Positions 45,184 through 54,043 of a DNA stretch of 57,215 bases are shown here, piece by piece (within the stretch, counting starts at the first letter, position 1; each line of letters begins with the position of its first letter). Where the stretch lies: the NCBI GenBank assembly GCA_964483115.1, contig CAYZZF010000001.1, positions 85,907 to 143,121 on the forward strand. Direction: 5' to 3'. The notes below the pieces were generated by a model. That model made no database searches. It was given only the letters and a program-made list of their open reading frames with translations, and was not told the DNA's origin. A program made the position numbers and the translations under genes. Origin of the DNA: an uncultured Gammaproteobacteria bacterium (GTDB lineage: Bacteria > Patescibacteriota > Microgenomatia > Levybacterales > UBA12049).

Positions 45184-45571
45184 AAGAAAAAAAAATAAGC
45201 TTAAATTCTTTTTTACAGCATTATTATTTTTAGTTGTTGTTGTCTACGTAGTTTTGTTTTTTTACGAACTGTCTTTTCTTAAAACCCCCACCGTTATTAG
45301 TCCGCTTGGTAAGAAAAATATCTATAGGGCTGAAAATATTGAAAGTCTTCTTTATAAAGAGGATATTCCTTTTTCGTCAGTACAAATTGCGAGCGACTCA
45401 TCAATTTTGGTAAATCTTGCCGAGGATGGACAAGTAATAATTTCCTCAAAAAAAGATATAGCAACTCAAATCAGCTCTTTACAACTTATGCTTAAACGGC
45501 TTACAATAGAAGGGAAAAGATTAAAAAGTCTTGATTTTAGGTTTGATAAACCGATTATTGTGTTTAAGTAA
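45164..45571 (+). CDS. ftsQ: Short FtsQ/DivIB-like bitopic protein
   Basis: 135 aa with a basic N-terminus and one TM segment. Occupies the canonical slot between murG and ftsA. Sequence alone is not diagnostic. Confidence 0.45.
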   Translation: MRRRINKRKKNKLKFFFTALLFLVVVVYVVLFFYELSFLKTPTVISPLGKKNIYRAENIESLLYKEDIPFSSVQIASDSSILVNLAEDGQVIISSKKDIATQISSLQLMLKRLTIEGKRLKSLDFRFDKPIIVFK

Positions 45572-45574
45572 ATT

Positions 45575-46870
45575 ATGACTGAAGGTAAAATTGTAGTTGG
45601 TATTGATATAGGAACATCAAAAATTGCAACTATAATCGCAAGGGTTGACGAATTTGTAAATGTCTTGGGAGTTTCCGAAGTAAAAGCGGCAGGAATTAAA
45701 AGAGGTCAGATCGTAGATATCGATGAAGCAGTCGCATCAATCAATAGTTCTCTTGAGGGGGCTGAGCGAATGGCTGGCTATTCCGCTTCACATGTTATCG
45801 TCTCAATCGGAGGGGCGCATATCGAATCTCTAAACTCAAGAGGAGTAGTGGCAGTATCTGCTTCCGGAGGAGAAATTATCAATAATGATCTTCTTAGAGT
45901 TGTTGATGCTGCAAAAGCCGTCTCTCTACCATCAAGCCGCGAAATTGTCCATGTTTTGCCACGTAATTATACTGTTGATGGGCAAGAAGGCATAAAAGAT
46001 CCCGTAGGCATGAGTGGAATTAGACTTGAAGTGGATACTCATATAATTTCTGCCAATACAACCGCAATTAGAAACTTGGAAAAAGCACTTTCTGAAGTTG
46101 GTGTTGATGTAGATGGAGTCGTTTTTAACGGATATGCAAGCAGTCTTTCGGTTCTCTCTGAAACAGAGAAAGAATTAGGAGTAGTTCTTGCTGATATTGG
46201 AGCAGGTACTACTGATATTTCTATTTATGTCGAAGGCTCTGTAGCTTATTCTTCAGTTCTCCCTATTGGAGCAAGACATATCACAAATGATTTAGCAATC
46301 GGACTTAGAATTTCTCTTGAGAGCGCTGAAAAGATAAAACTTTTTCTCTCGACCCCCCCAAAAAAACCTACCAGGGTAAGTGAAGAGAACAAAGCTCAAG
46401 AAGAGCCAAGACCAAAAATAAGCGATGAAATTGATCTTTTATCTCTTCATCTCCCAGAAGAATTAAACAAGGCTTCAAGGAAAACCTTAGTTGATGGAAT
46501 TATTAGACCCAGACTTAATGAGATTTTTACTTTTATAGGTCTTGATATGAAAAAAAGCGGTTTTGCTGGACAAACACCGTCGGGTCTTGTGGTAACTGGC
46601 GGTGGGGCATTGACGGTTGGGGCAGTCGACGCCGCAAAAAGAACACTTGCTATGCCAGTTAGAATAGGAACACCTACAAGAATAAAAGGACTTATTGATG
46701 AAATTCAAACTCCTGCATTTTCGACTGTTGTTGGACTGGCAACATATGGGGCAACTTTCGAGCCACAGTCTCATCTGCCTTTTGGGGTATCTATTCCTCA
46801 ACTTCCGGGCATGCAATTTGGCAAAATATTTTCTAAGATTTTTGAGATAATAAAATCCTTTACGCCTTAA
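45575..46870 (+). CDS. ftsA: Cell division protein FtsA
   Basis: Actin-fold motifs VGIDIGTSKI, LADIGAGTTDISI, VVTGGGA. Immediately upstream of ftsZ. Confidence 0.9.
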   Translation: MTEGKIVVGIDIGTSKIATIIARVDEFVNVLGVSEVKAAGIKRGQIVDIDEAVASINSSLEGAERMAGYSASHVIVSIGGAHIESLNSRGVVAVSASGGEIINNDLLRVVDAAKAVSLPSSREIVHVLPRNYTVDGQEGIKDPVGMSGIRLEVDTHIISANTTAIRNLEKALSEVGVDVDGVVFNGYASSLSVLSETEKELGVVLADIGAGTTDISIYVEGSVAYSSVLPIGARHITNDLAIGLRISLESAEKIKLFLSTPPKKPTRVSEENKAQEEPRPKISDEIDLLSLHLPEELNKASRKTLVDGIIRPRLNEIFTFIGLDMKKSGFAGQTPSGLVVTGGGALTVGAVDAAKRTLAMPVRIGTPTRIKGLIDEIQTPAFSTVVGLATYGATFEPQSHLPFGVSIPQLPGMQFGKIFSKIFEIIKSFTP

Positions 46871-46920
46871 TTAAAAGGGCTTGCAAAAATATTTTTTATT
46901 TGCTAGTATAATTTTTATCT

Positions 46921-48006
46921 ATGCTTATTAAGCCTCAAACTGCAAATTTCGCTAAAATAAGAGTTATGGGGATAGGCGGCGGAGGTTGTAATGCTCTTAC
47001 CTCAATGATTACACAGGGGCAGATTCAAGGAGTTGATTTTGTTGCTGTTAATACAGATGCTCAAGCTCTCCTTCTGTGTCAGGCGGCAACTAAAGTCCAG
47101 ATTGGAGAGAACTTAACAAAAGGGTTAGGCTCAGGAGGAGATCCGGAGATAGGAAGGCAGGCGGCAGAAGAATCTTCAGAAAAATTAAAAGATATGCTTG
47201 AAGCATCTGATATGGTGTTTCTTGCTGCAGGTATGGGAGGAGGTACAGGAACTGGGTCCTCTCCTATTATTGCCAAAGTTGCTAAAGAAGTTGGCGCTTT
47301 AACAATAGCAGTTGTTACAAAGCCATTTACATTTGAGGGGACAAGAAGAATGGTGAGTGCTGAGGACGGAATTGAAGAACTCAAGGATAAAGTTGATACT
47401 TTAATTGTTATCCCAAATCAGAGAATTTTGGATGTCGTTGACAAAAAACTTTCTCTTCTTGAGGCATTTAAAGTTGCCGATTCTGTTCTCACACAAGGCG
47501 TTCAAGGAATTTCAGACCTTATTACAATGCCAGGGCTTATAAATGTTGATTTTGCTGATGTAAGGACAGTTATGAGTAATGCTGGTTCAGCTCTTATGGG
47601 TATTGGTACCGGAGTTGGTGAAAATAGGGCCCAGGCTGCTGCAAGAAGCGCTATTGCATCTCCTCTTTTGGAAATTTCCATGGATGGAGCACGAGGAGTA
47701 CTCTTTAATATCACAGGCGGTCCTGATATAACAATGAGTGAAGTTGATGAGGCAGCAAAGATTATTTCTTCTGCCGCGGATCCAGACGCAAACATTATTT
47801 TTGGAGCAACGATTGATGAATCAATGCATGATCAGATAAAAATAACTGTTATTGCAACAGGGTTTGATCAGACTAGACAAACACTTCGAGAGTTTATTGT
47901 ACCAGAAAAAAAGTTGGAAGAAGTTGTGCAACCACCACAAGAAGAGCCAATAGGAGAGGAAGAAGACGTCTTCGAAATTCCCGCATTTTTAAGACAGAAG
48001 AATTGA
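46921..48006 (+). CDS. ftsZ: Cell division GTPase FtsZ
   Basis: GIGGGGCNA, the tubulin signature GGGTGTG, NTDAQAL, and the C-terminal [10 protein letters not shown] tail peptide. Confidence 0.95.
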   Translation: MLIKPQTANFAKIRVMGIGGGGCNALTSMITQGQIQGVDFVAVNTDAQALLLCQAATKVQIGENLTKGLGSGGDPEIGRQAAEESSEKLKDMLEASDMVFLAAGMGGGTGTGSSPIIAKVAKEVGALTIAVVTKPFTFEGTRRMVSAEDGIEELKDKVDTLIVIPNQRILDVVDKKLSLLEAFKVADSVLTQGVQGISDLITMPGLINVDFADVRTVMSNAGSALMGIGTGVGENRAQAAARSAIASPLLEISMDGARGVLFNITGGPDITMSEVDEAAKIISSAADPDANIIFGATIDESMHDQIKITVIATGFDQTRQTLREFIVPEKKLEEVVQPPQEEPIGEEEDVFEIPAFLRQKN

Positions 48007-48018
48007 CCCCGTATTATC

Positions 48019-48027
48019 TGCTATAAT
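48019..48027 (+). promoter_or_regulatory. Extended -10 box (TGcTATAAT) 8 nt upstream of the ATG at 48036
   Basis: Sequence tgctataat, then ttacacgt, then ATG. Confidence 0.35.
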
Positions 48028-48035
48028 TTACACGT

Positions 48036-48236
48036 ATGGAAAATCTTAAAGGGAAAGTTGTTGTTACAACTGGGTTGAGTATTGGAATTGGCAGGGAAGA
48101 TGCCTGCCACTTAAATGACTGATTTTGAAGGTACGTTGCCTGAACAAGTTGCTTAAGTGATTTAAATCTTGTAAAAGGGGACTACTATTTACCATCAGGC
48201 GCAGATGTAAACATCTGGGATTATGTCAAGGAATAA
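48036..48236 (+). pseudogene. Remnant of a short-chain dehydrogenase/reductase gene
   Basis: MENLKGKVVVTTGLSIGIGREDA carries the SDR TGxxxGIG dinucleotide-binding motif but stops after 28 codons. A second out-of-frame stretch, KGDYYLPSGADVNIWDYVKE*, ends at 48236. A normal SDR is ~250 aa. Confidence 0.45.
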
Positions 48237-48243
48237 AATCAAA

Positions 48244-48435
48244 TTATTTTCCTCTGGACCAGGCGTATATGTGTCCCAAAACTGCAAGTACTAAAAACCC
48301 AAGTCCCCATCTTAATGGATGCGGATTTATAAGTGGTGATGTTATAAGTATTCCTATTCCTATACCGCCTATAAGATGAGTAAGGGAATTGAATATAGAG
48401 TGACTTTTAAAATGGCTATTAATTCTTTTGAACAA
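48244..48435 (-). CDS. Small hypothetical membrane protein
   Basis: 63 aa with two hydrophobic helices. TTG start preceded by a strong SD GGAGGTG at 8-nt spacing. Confidence 0.45.
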   Translation of the reverse strand: MFKRINSHFKSHSIFNSLTHLIGGIGIGILITSPLINPHPLRWGLGFLVLAVLGHIYAWSRGK

Positions 48436-48591
48436 AATTATCTCACCTCCTTCCCAAAATCCCTACTTTAAATGTAATATTATTTTTGTAAAATAGTCAA
48501 ATATGGTAAAATCGCAGGACAAATCTTTCGAATATTTAACAAATAAAATTCTTGAAGTCGGTTCCTATTTAGGATAGAATTAATCTTACTT

Positions 48592-51435
48592 ATGTTTAAA
48601 CAGGTTTCGTCCAAAGTCGAGTTTTCAAAAATAGAAGAGAATGTCCTTGAATATTGGAAGAAAAATAAAATTTTCGAAAAATCAGTTAATTTAAGACCGA
48701 AAAATAAAAGATGGACATTTCTTGATGGTCCGCCTTTCATTACTGGTCTGCCTCATTACGGAAATTTACTATCAAGTATTCCAAAAGATGTTTTTCCAAG
48801 ATTTTGGACAATGAAAGGATATAGGGTACGCAGAGTTTGGGGATGGGATTGTCATGGGCTTCCAGCTGAAAATAAAGTTGAAGAAAAAGTAGGAATAAAA
48901 AGAAAAAAAGATATTGAAGAAAAAGTAGGAATAAAAAAATTTATTGACGAATGCAAATCATATGTAAGAAATGTTTCAAGCGAATGGGAATGGTACGTGG
49001 ATCATATCGGACGGTGGGTTAATTTTAAAAATGCTTATAAAACTATGGACTTATCCTACATGGAAAGTGTTATGTGGGTTTTTAAAAGTATGTATGACAA
49101 AGGATATATCTATAAAGGTCTTCGGGTTTCACTATTTTGTCCTCATTGCTCAACGCCAATATCTAATTTTGAAGTAGCAATGGATGCTGAAAACTATAAA
49201 GAATTAACTGAAAAAGCAAGTACCTATAAATATCCATTAAAAGGCGAAAAAGATACATATCTTCTTGCCTGGTCAACTACTCCGTGGAATAAATTGGCAA
49301 CTCCCGCTCTTGCCGTTAATCCCTCTTTGACCTATGTAAAAGTTTTGCAGGATAAAGAAAAATATATCTTGGCAAAAACAACCATAAAAATACTCAAAGA
49401 CAAACCATATAAAATTTTGGAAGAATTTAAGGGCAATAAATTAATAGGCAAGAAATTTATACCTCATTATAACTTTTACACAATTGATAAAAACAAGAAG
49501 GCATTCGTCGTAATAGGAGGGGACTTTGTGACTGCTGAGGAAGGTACGGGAATAGTGACGCTAGCGGTTTATGGAGAAGAAGATTTGAAAATTATGCAAA
49601 AGGAAAATATCCAGCTTGTAATGCATGTTGATGAAGAGGGAATTATTAAAAATGATGTTCCTAAATTTGGGGGCATATATTATCTAAAAGCAAATAAGGC
49701 AGTCAATGAAGATTTGAAAGAACGAAGATTATTATATCGTGAAGATGATTATGTTCATACAGTTGCACATTGCTGGAGATGCGGAACCCAATTATTTTAT
49801 GCGCCACAAAATGCATGGTATGTAAATATTCAAATTCTAAAAAAAAGACTGAAGAAGACAAATGGAAAGGTTAACTGGTTTCCTAGACATTTTAAAAAGG
49901 GAAGATTTCTAAAAAGTCTTGAAAATGCTCCTGATTGGAATATATCAAGAAACCGTTATTTTGGATCTCCAGTTCCTGTTTGGGAATGTGAGTGCGGAGA
50001 AAGGATTGTTCCCGGTTCCATCAGAGAACTTGAAGAATTAAGCGGGAGAAAGATTAATGATCTACACAAGCCTGAAATTGACTTAGTCACAATTAAATGT
50101 AAAAAATGTGGCAAAGACGCTCGTAGGGTCCCCGAAGTTTTAGATAGTTGGATTGAGGCAGGAAGTGCTTCATTTGCAGAACGGCATTATCCATTTGAAA
50201 AAAACGAACAACTTGAAGATTTCTTTCCTCCGGATTTTGTAGCAGAATATACAGGACAGATAAGAGCATGGTTTTATGTAGTTCATGTCATAGGAGGTGC
50301 TCTTTTTGATTCTCCTGCATTTAAAAATGTTGTTGTCGAGGGAGTAATTTTGGGAACAGACGGGCGAAAGATGAGCAAGAATTATGGGAATTATCCAGAT
50401 CCTAAGAAAATGCTTCAAAAATATGGGGGAGACGCATTGCGCTTATACCTTCTTAGAAGTCCTGTAATGAAGGGTGAAGATATTTTGATATCGGAAGAAC
50501 AGTATCGCAATCAGATAAAAGGAGTGATGCTTGTTTTATGGAATGTATATAATTTTTTTATAACTTATGCTGATATAGAGAATTGGAGTCCGAGAAAAAT
50601 TCAAAATCCAAAATTCTCATCCAAAAGACGACCGGTCTTTAGCCGAAAAAATACTTTAGATAAATGGATAATTTCTCTTTTAAATAAATTAATAAATGAA
50701 GTAACTGATGATTTAAATCATTACAATACTATTTCCAGCATTGATCATACTCAAAAGTTTATTGATGATTTATCAACATGGTACATCAGAAGAAGTAGGA
50801 ACAGAGTGGGTCCGACAGCCAAAATTGAAGAAGATAAAAATAATTTTTATTCAACTTGTTTTGAGGTTTTAAAAACTTTAGCAAAACTTATGGCACCAAT
50901 CACCCCCTTTATAACTGAAGAAATTTACAGAAATTTAACAAAAGAGGAATCTGTTCATCTTACTGATTGGCCAAAAATTGATAAGAGATTAATCGATGAA
51001 AAACTTGAGGAGAAAATGGAGATGATAAGAAAAATTGTTGAACTTGGGCACGCAAAAAGAAAAGAGCTTGGGATTAAAGTCAGACAACCACTCAAAAAAT
51101 ATCAAATATCAAATATCAAATATCAAATAGATGAGGATTTAGTTCAATTAATTCGAGAGGAGTTGAATGTTAGAGAAGTTGAAATTAAGCAGGGAAAAGG
51201 GGAGTTGGTTGTTGATTTTGATACAAAGATTACACAAGAACTTAAGGATGAGGGTTTCGCTCGGGAAATTGTGAGGAAAATTCAAGAAGAGAGAAAAAAA
51301 CTTGGTACAAAATTAGATGAGAAAGTAGATGTAGTAGTAGATAAGTGGCCCGTTGAATTTGAAGACTATATCAAAAATAAAGCTCTTGTTAGAAACATTA
51401 AGAGAGGCGATGGGTTTTCAGTTATTAGAACATGA
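48592..51435 (+). CDS. ileS: Isoleucine--tRNA ligase (type 2, eukaryote-like)
   Basis: PPFITGLPHYGN (HIGH-type), GWDCHGLPAE, a CxxC...CxC zinc cluster, KMSKNYGN (KMSKS). 947 aa. Contains two heptamer arrays and a 36-bp duplication. Confidence 0.88.
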   Translation: MFKQVSSKVEFSKIEENVLEYWKKNKIFEKSVNLRPKNKRWTFLDGPPFITGLPHYGNLLSSIPKDVFPRFWTMKGYRVRRVWGWDCHGLPAENKVEEKVGIKRKKDIEEKVGIKKFIDECKSYVRNVSSEWEWYVDHIGRWVNFKNAYKTMDLSYMESVMWVFKSMYDKGYIYKGLRVSLFCPHCSTPISNFEVAMDAENYKELTEKASTYKYPLKGEKDTYLLAWSTTPWNKLATPALAVNPSLTYVKVLQDKEKYILAKTTIKILKDKPYKILEEFKGNKLIGKKFIPHYNFYTIDKNKKAFVVIGGDFVTAEEGTGIVTLAVYGEEDLKIMQKENIQLVMHVDEEGIIKNDVPKFGGIYYLKANKAVNEDLKERRLLYREDDYVHTVAHCWRCGTQLFYAPQNAWYVNIQILKKRLKKTNGKVNWFPRHFKKGRFLKSLENAPDWNISRNRYFGSPVPVWECECGERIVPGSIRELEELSGRKINDLHKPEIDLVTIKCKKCGKDARRVPEVLDSWIEAGSASFAERHYPFEKNEQLEDFFPPDFVAEYTGQIRAWFYVVHVIGGALFDSPAFKNVVVEGVILGTDGRKMSKNYGNYPDPKKMLQKYGGDALRLYLLRSPVMKGEDILISEEQYRNQIKGVMLVLWNVYNFFITYADIENWSPRKIQNPKFSSKRRPVFSRKNTLDKWIISLLNKLINEVTDDLNHYNTISSIDHTQKFIDDLSTWYIRRSRNRVGPTAKIEEDKNNFYSTCFEVLKTLAKLMAPITPFITEEIYRNLTKEESVHLTDWPKIDKRLIDEKLEEKMEMIRKIVELGHAKRKELGIKVRQPLKKYQISNIKYQIDEDLVQLIREELNVREVEIKQGKGELVVDFDTKITQELKDEGFAREIVRKIQEERKKLGTKLDEKVDVVVDKWPVEFEDYIKNKALVRNIKRGDGFSVIRT
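48878..48937 (+). repeat. In-frame 36-bp direct duplication in ileS (24 bp identical)
   Basis: ttgaagaaaaagtaggaataaaaa occurs at 48878-48901 and again at 48914-48937. It encodes EEKVGIKRKKDI-EEKVGIKK. Confidence 0.85.
50594..50640 (+). repeat. Heptamer block followed by a small GC-rich hairpin/palindrome in ileS
   Basis: gaaaaat tcaaaat ccaaaat, then AAAGAC-gaccg-GTCTTT (contains the 8-bp palindrome gaccggtc at 50630-50637). Encodes KIQNPKFSSKRRPVF. Confidence 0.75.
51099..51129 (+). repeat. Heptamer array ATATCAA x4 perfect in ileS
   Basis: atatcaa x4, then ata. Encodes KYQISNIKYQI. Confidence 0.95.
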
Positions 51436-52514
51436 GTAGAATGTCTTTTCTTCGAGTAGATCTTGGACTATTGGTACCTTCATTCATATTGTTGTTTTTA
51501 GGACTGACCACCCTTTTTTCTATAAATATAGATTTTTTTAAAACACAATTATTTTTTTCTTTTGTTGGGATTGTTCTATTTTTTATCTTTGCCCAAACCA
51601 ACTATCAGGTTATTCAAAACTATAGTCTGCCAATTTATATAGCTTCTTTAATTTTACTTGTTTTGGTTTTGATGGTGGGTATTGAAAGCAGAGGCTCTGT
51701 TCGATGGTTTGAGATTTTTGGATTTAGAATTCAGTTTTCAGAACTTATCAAGCCTTTTCTTGTTTTTTCCTTTGCATCATTTTTGAAAACTCATGATAAT
51801 CAAGCTTTTAGATCATTTGTTTTGCTGATTTTACTTTTGTTGCCGATTGTATTTTTAATTTTTCTTCAGCCAGATTTAGGAAACGTGATAATTTATACTA
51901 CAGTTGCAATTTTATCCCTTATTGTTTTTGGTTTACCTCTTAGATTTTTTATTTTAGGTTTTGTTTTTCTTATTGCGATGTCGCCCATTCTATGGAATTA
52001 TCTATATTTTTACCAAAAACAGCGAATTTTGACTTTTTTTCATTTGACTGTTGATCCATTGGGTACGTCCTATAATGCTATACAGGCAATTATTGCAGTG
52101 GGCTCAGGGATGTTTTTAGGAAAGGGCTTAGGCCTTGGAACTCAATCGGTGCTTCGTTTTTTGCCAGAAAGACACACGGATTTTATTTTCGCAACTCTTT
52201 CTGAAGAATTAGGATTTGTTGGGTCAGTTATTGTTCTTTTAGCATTTATTTTTTTGCTTTACAGAATTTTTTTGATATATAGACACGCGGATGATTTATT
52301 CGTACAGCTATTTGCAATTATTTCATTTTTTTTAATTTTTACCTCGTTTTTTATAAATATTGGTATGAACATAGGAATAATTCCAATTGTCGGGTTACCA
52401 CTACCATTTGTTTCATATGGAGGAAGCTCGCTTATCTCAAGCTTTATTTTGCTTGGCTTTCTTTCTTCTATGGGTACTTCAAAAGATAGACAGGATGTTC
52501 TGGAAATTAAATAA
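51432..52514 (+). CDS. rodA: SEDS-family protein RodA/FtsW paralog
   Basis: SELIKPFLVFSFA, QPDLGN, PERHTDFIFATLSEELGFVG, GLPLPFVSYGGSSL. Overlaps the ileS stop by 4 nt. Confidence 0.75.
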   Translation: MSRMSFLRVDLGLLVPSFILLFLGLTTLFSINIDFFKTQLFFSFVGIVLFFIFAQTNYQVIQNYSLPIYIASLILLVLVLMVGIESRGSVRWFEIFGFRIQFSELIKPFLVFSFASFLKTHDNQAFRSFVLLILLLLPIVFLIFLQPDLGNVIIYTTVAILSLIVFGLPLRFFILGFVFLIAMSPILWNYLYFYQKQRILTFFHLTVDPLGTSYNAIQAIIAVGSGMFLGKGLGLGTQSVLRFLPERHTDFIFATLSEELGFVGSVIVLLAFIFLLYRIFLIYRHADDLFVQLFAIISFFLIFTSFFINIGMNIGIIPIVGLPLPFVSYGGSSLISSFILLGFLSSMGTSKDRQDVLEIK

Positions 52515-52520
52515 TGAGTT

Positions 52521-52529
52521 TGATATAAT
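52521..52529 (+). promoter_or_regulatory. Extended -10 box (TGaTATAAT) 7 nt upstream of the rplU ATG
   Basis: Sequence tgatataat, then taacttt, then ATG (52537). No Shine-Dalgarno sequence. Confidence 0.4.
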
Positions 52530-52536
52530 TAACTTT

Positions 52537-52863
52537 ATGGAGTACGCTGTTATACAATCAGGTGGAAAACAGTACAAGGTTGAAAAAGGCGATATTATAG
52601 AGGTTGACAAAATCAAAGGAGAAAAAGATACGGAAATTACAATTGATGATGTTTTTCTTTGGGTTAGAGATAAAGAAGTCAAGATTGGAAGACCAAAACT
52701 TCCGGATACAAAAGTTAAAGCCAGAATTTTGGAACATAAAAAAGGAAATAAAATTAGAGTCGGTAAATTTAAGGCGAAAACTCGTTATAGACGCATCACA
52801 GGATTTAGGCCAATACTTACTAAGCTTAAGATAGAAGAGATAAAGATGATTGCATCGAAATGA
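52537..52863 (+). CDS. rplU: 50S ribosomal protein L21
   Basis: MEYAVIQSGGKQYKVEKGDIIEVDKI is the canonical L21 N-terminus. The track ORF start at 52387 is an artefactual extension overlapping rodA. Confidence 0.9.
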   Translation: MEYAVIQSGGKQYKVEKGDIIEVDKIKGEKDTEITIDDVFLWVRDKEVKIGRPKLPDTKVKARILEHKKGNKIRVGKFKAKTRYRRITGFRPILTKLKIEEIKMIASK

Positions 52864-52878
52864 TGTATTTTGACCCCC

Positions 52879-52907
52879 TTGACCACTGTGAAAACTATTG
52901 TTATAAT
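52879..52907 (+). promoter_or_regulatory. Candidate promoter TTGACC-17-(TGt)TATAAT upstream of rpmA
   Basis: ttgacc at 52879-52884, a 17-nt spacer, tataat at 52902-52907. A 29-nt leader with SD aaggaagg follows. Confidence 0.5.
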
Positions 52908-52936
52908 GCGTATGATTTTCACAAAGGAAGGAATAT

Positions 52937-53182
52937 ATGGCACATACAAAAACACAAGGAGCAGTTAAAGGGAATAGAGATTCAATCGCTAAACGTTTGG
53001 GTATTAAAATATATGGTGGGCAAAAGGCAGAACCTGGAAATATTATCGTAAGGCAAAGAGGGACTAAGTTTTTTAAGGGAAGAGGTGTTTTAATGGGACG
53101 AGATTTTACGCTTTTTGCAAAGCTTTCCGGTATAGTTTCTTTTAAGACAGCAAAAGGTAAAAAGATAGTTGAGGTAATCTAG
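52937..53182 (+). CDS. rpmA: 50S ribosomal protein L27
   Basis: [29 protein letters not shown]...[10 protein letters not shown] is canonical L27. There is no cleavable N-terminal extension. Confidence 0.92.
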   Translation: MAHTKTQGAVKGNRDSIAKRLGIKIYGGQKAEPGNIIVRQRGTKFFKGRGVLMGRDFTLFAKLSGIVSFKTAKGKKIVEVI

Positions 53183-53197
53183 AAAAGTTTTAGCAAT

Positions 53198-54043
53198 ATG
53201 GATGAGCAAAAAGAAAAGGTTTTTGAACTTGACACAGGTCATCTGCAATCAAATCCCCTTCAGCCCCGCGCTACAATTTCTCCTGAATCGCTAAGTGAAT
53301 TAGTTGAATCCATACGAGAACAGGGAATTTTGGAGCCATTGGTTGTTGCAAGGACTCCGGCAGGCTATCAGATTATCGCAGGAGAGCGAAGATGGAGAGC
53401 TGCTAAAATTTTAGGTCTTGCTACAGTACCGGTTATTGTTAGAGAGACCTCGCCTCAAGCAATGCTTGAGATGTCTATAGTTGAAAATATTCAACGTGAA
53501 GATCTTAATCCAATTGAAAGAGCCCTTGCGTATAGAAGATTGATTGATGAATTTGGTCTTGGTACAAATGAAGTTGCCAAAAGAGTTGGAAAAAGTGCTC
53601 CTGCTGTTTCAAACACAATAAGACTTTTAACACTTCCTGATGCCATAAAAGATGCTCTCATTGCAGGAGTTATTACCGAGGGGCATGTTCGTCCCCTCAT
53701 CTCTCTTGGGGATCAAAGGTTAATGCTTGACTTATTTAAAAAAATACTCCGTGAAAACAGCACAGTTAGACAGACTGAAGATATGGCTCGTCAGGCAAAA
53801 GCAGAGATTCAAAAAAAGGAGCCTCAAAAAAAACGTGACAAACTCTGGATTCCAGAACAAGATGAGATGGCAAGAGAGCTAGAAAAGAAATTGGACGTTG
53901 ATAGGGTAATAATCACACAATCACGTACTCTTGGTCGGATAACCATTGTTGTCCGTGGGGAAGCAGAAGAAACTACGTCCAGAATTAAAGAGATTCATGA
54001 CTGCTTGGTGAGCTACGATAAATTTACAAATAAAAATTCTTAA
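53198..54043 (+). CDS. parB: ParB/Spo0J-family partition protein
   Basis: LQSNPLQPR, GILEPLVV, IIAGERRWRAAKILGL (ParB box II), HTH region, C-terminal dimerisation segment. Confidence 0.85.
   Translation: MDEQKEKVFELDTGHLQSNPLQPRATISPESLSELVESIREQGILEPLVVARTPAGYQIIAGERRWRAAKILGLATVPVIVRETSPQAMLEMSIVENIQREDLNPIERALAYRRLIDEFGLGTNEVAKRVGKSAPAVSNTIRLLTLPDAIKDALIAGVITEGHVRPLISLGDQRLMLDLFKKILRENSTVRQTEDMARQAKAEIQKKEPQKKRDKLWIPEQDEMARELEKKLDVDRVIITQSRTLGRITIVVRGEAEETTSRIKEIHDCLVSYDKFTNKNS

Noticed and set aside
932-47795. Numerous 60-140-aa antisense ORFs in the track, e.g. 932-1174, 10171-10452, 26720-27139, 28046-28381, 28753-29127, 37628-38026, 38507-38824, 47079-47384 and 47502-47795.
   Set aside because: All lie fully inside, and antisense to, long ORFs with clear family motifs. 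They have no SD or independent support.
52860-53051. 63-aa ORF between rplU and rpmA as a possible L27-specific protease (Prp/YsxB), which occupies this slot in Firmicutes.
   Set aside because: It overlaps rpmA in another frame and shows no Cys-protease features. The L27 here starts MAHTKTQG, with no N-terminal extension that would need cleavage.
53740-53765. Possible parS site inside parB (CCGTGAAAACAGC).
   Set aside because: It is only a half-site with an extra base, and it lacks the palindromic partner of the TGTTNCACGTGAAACA consensus.
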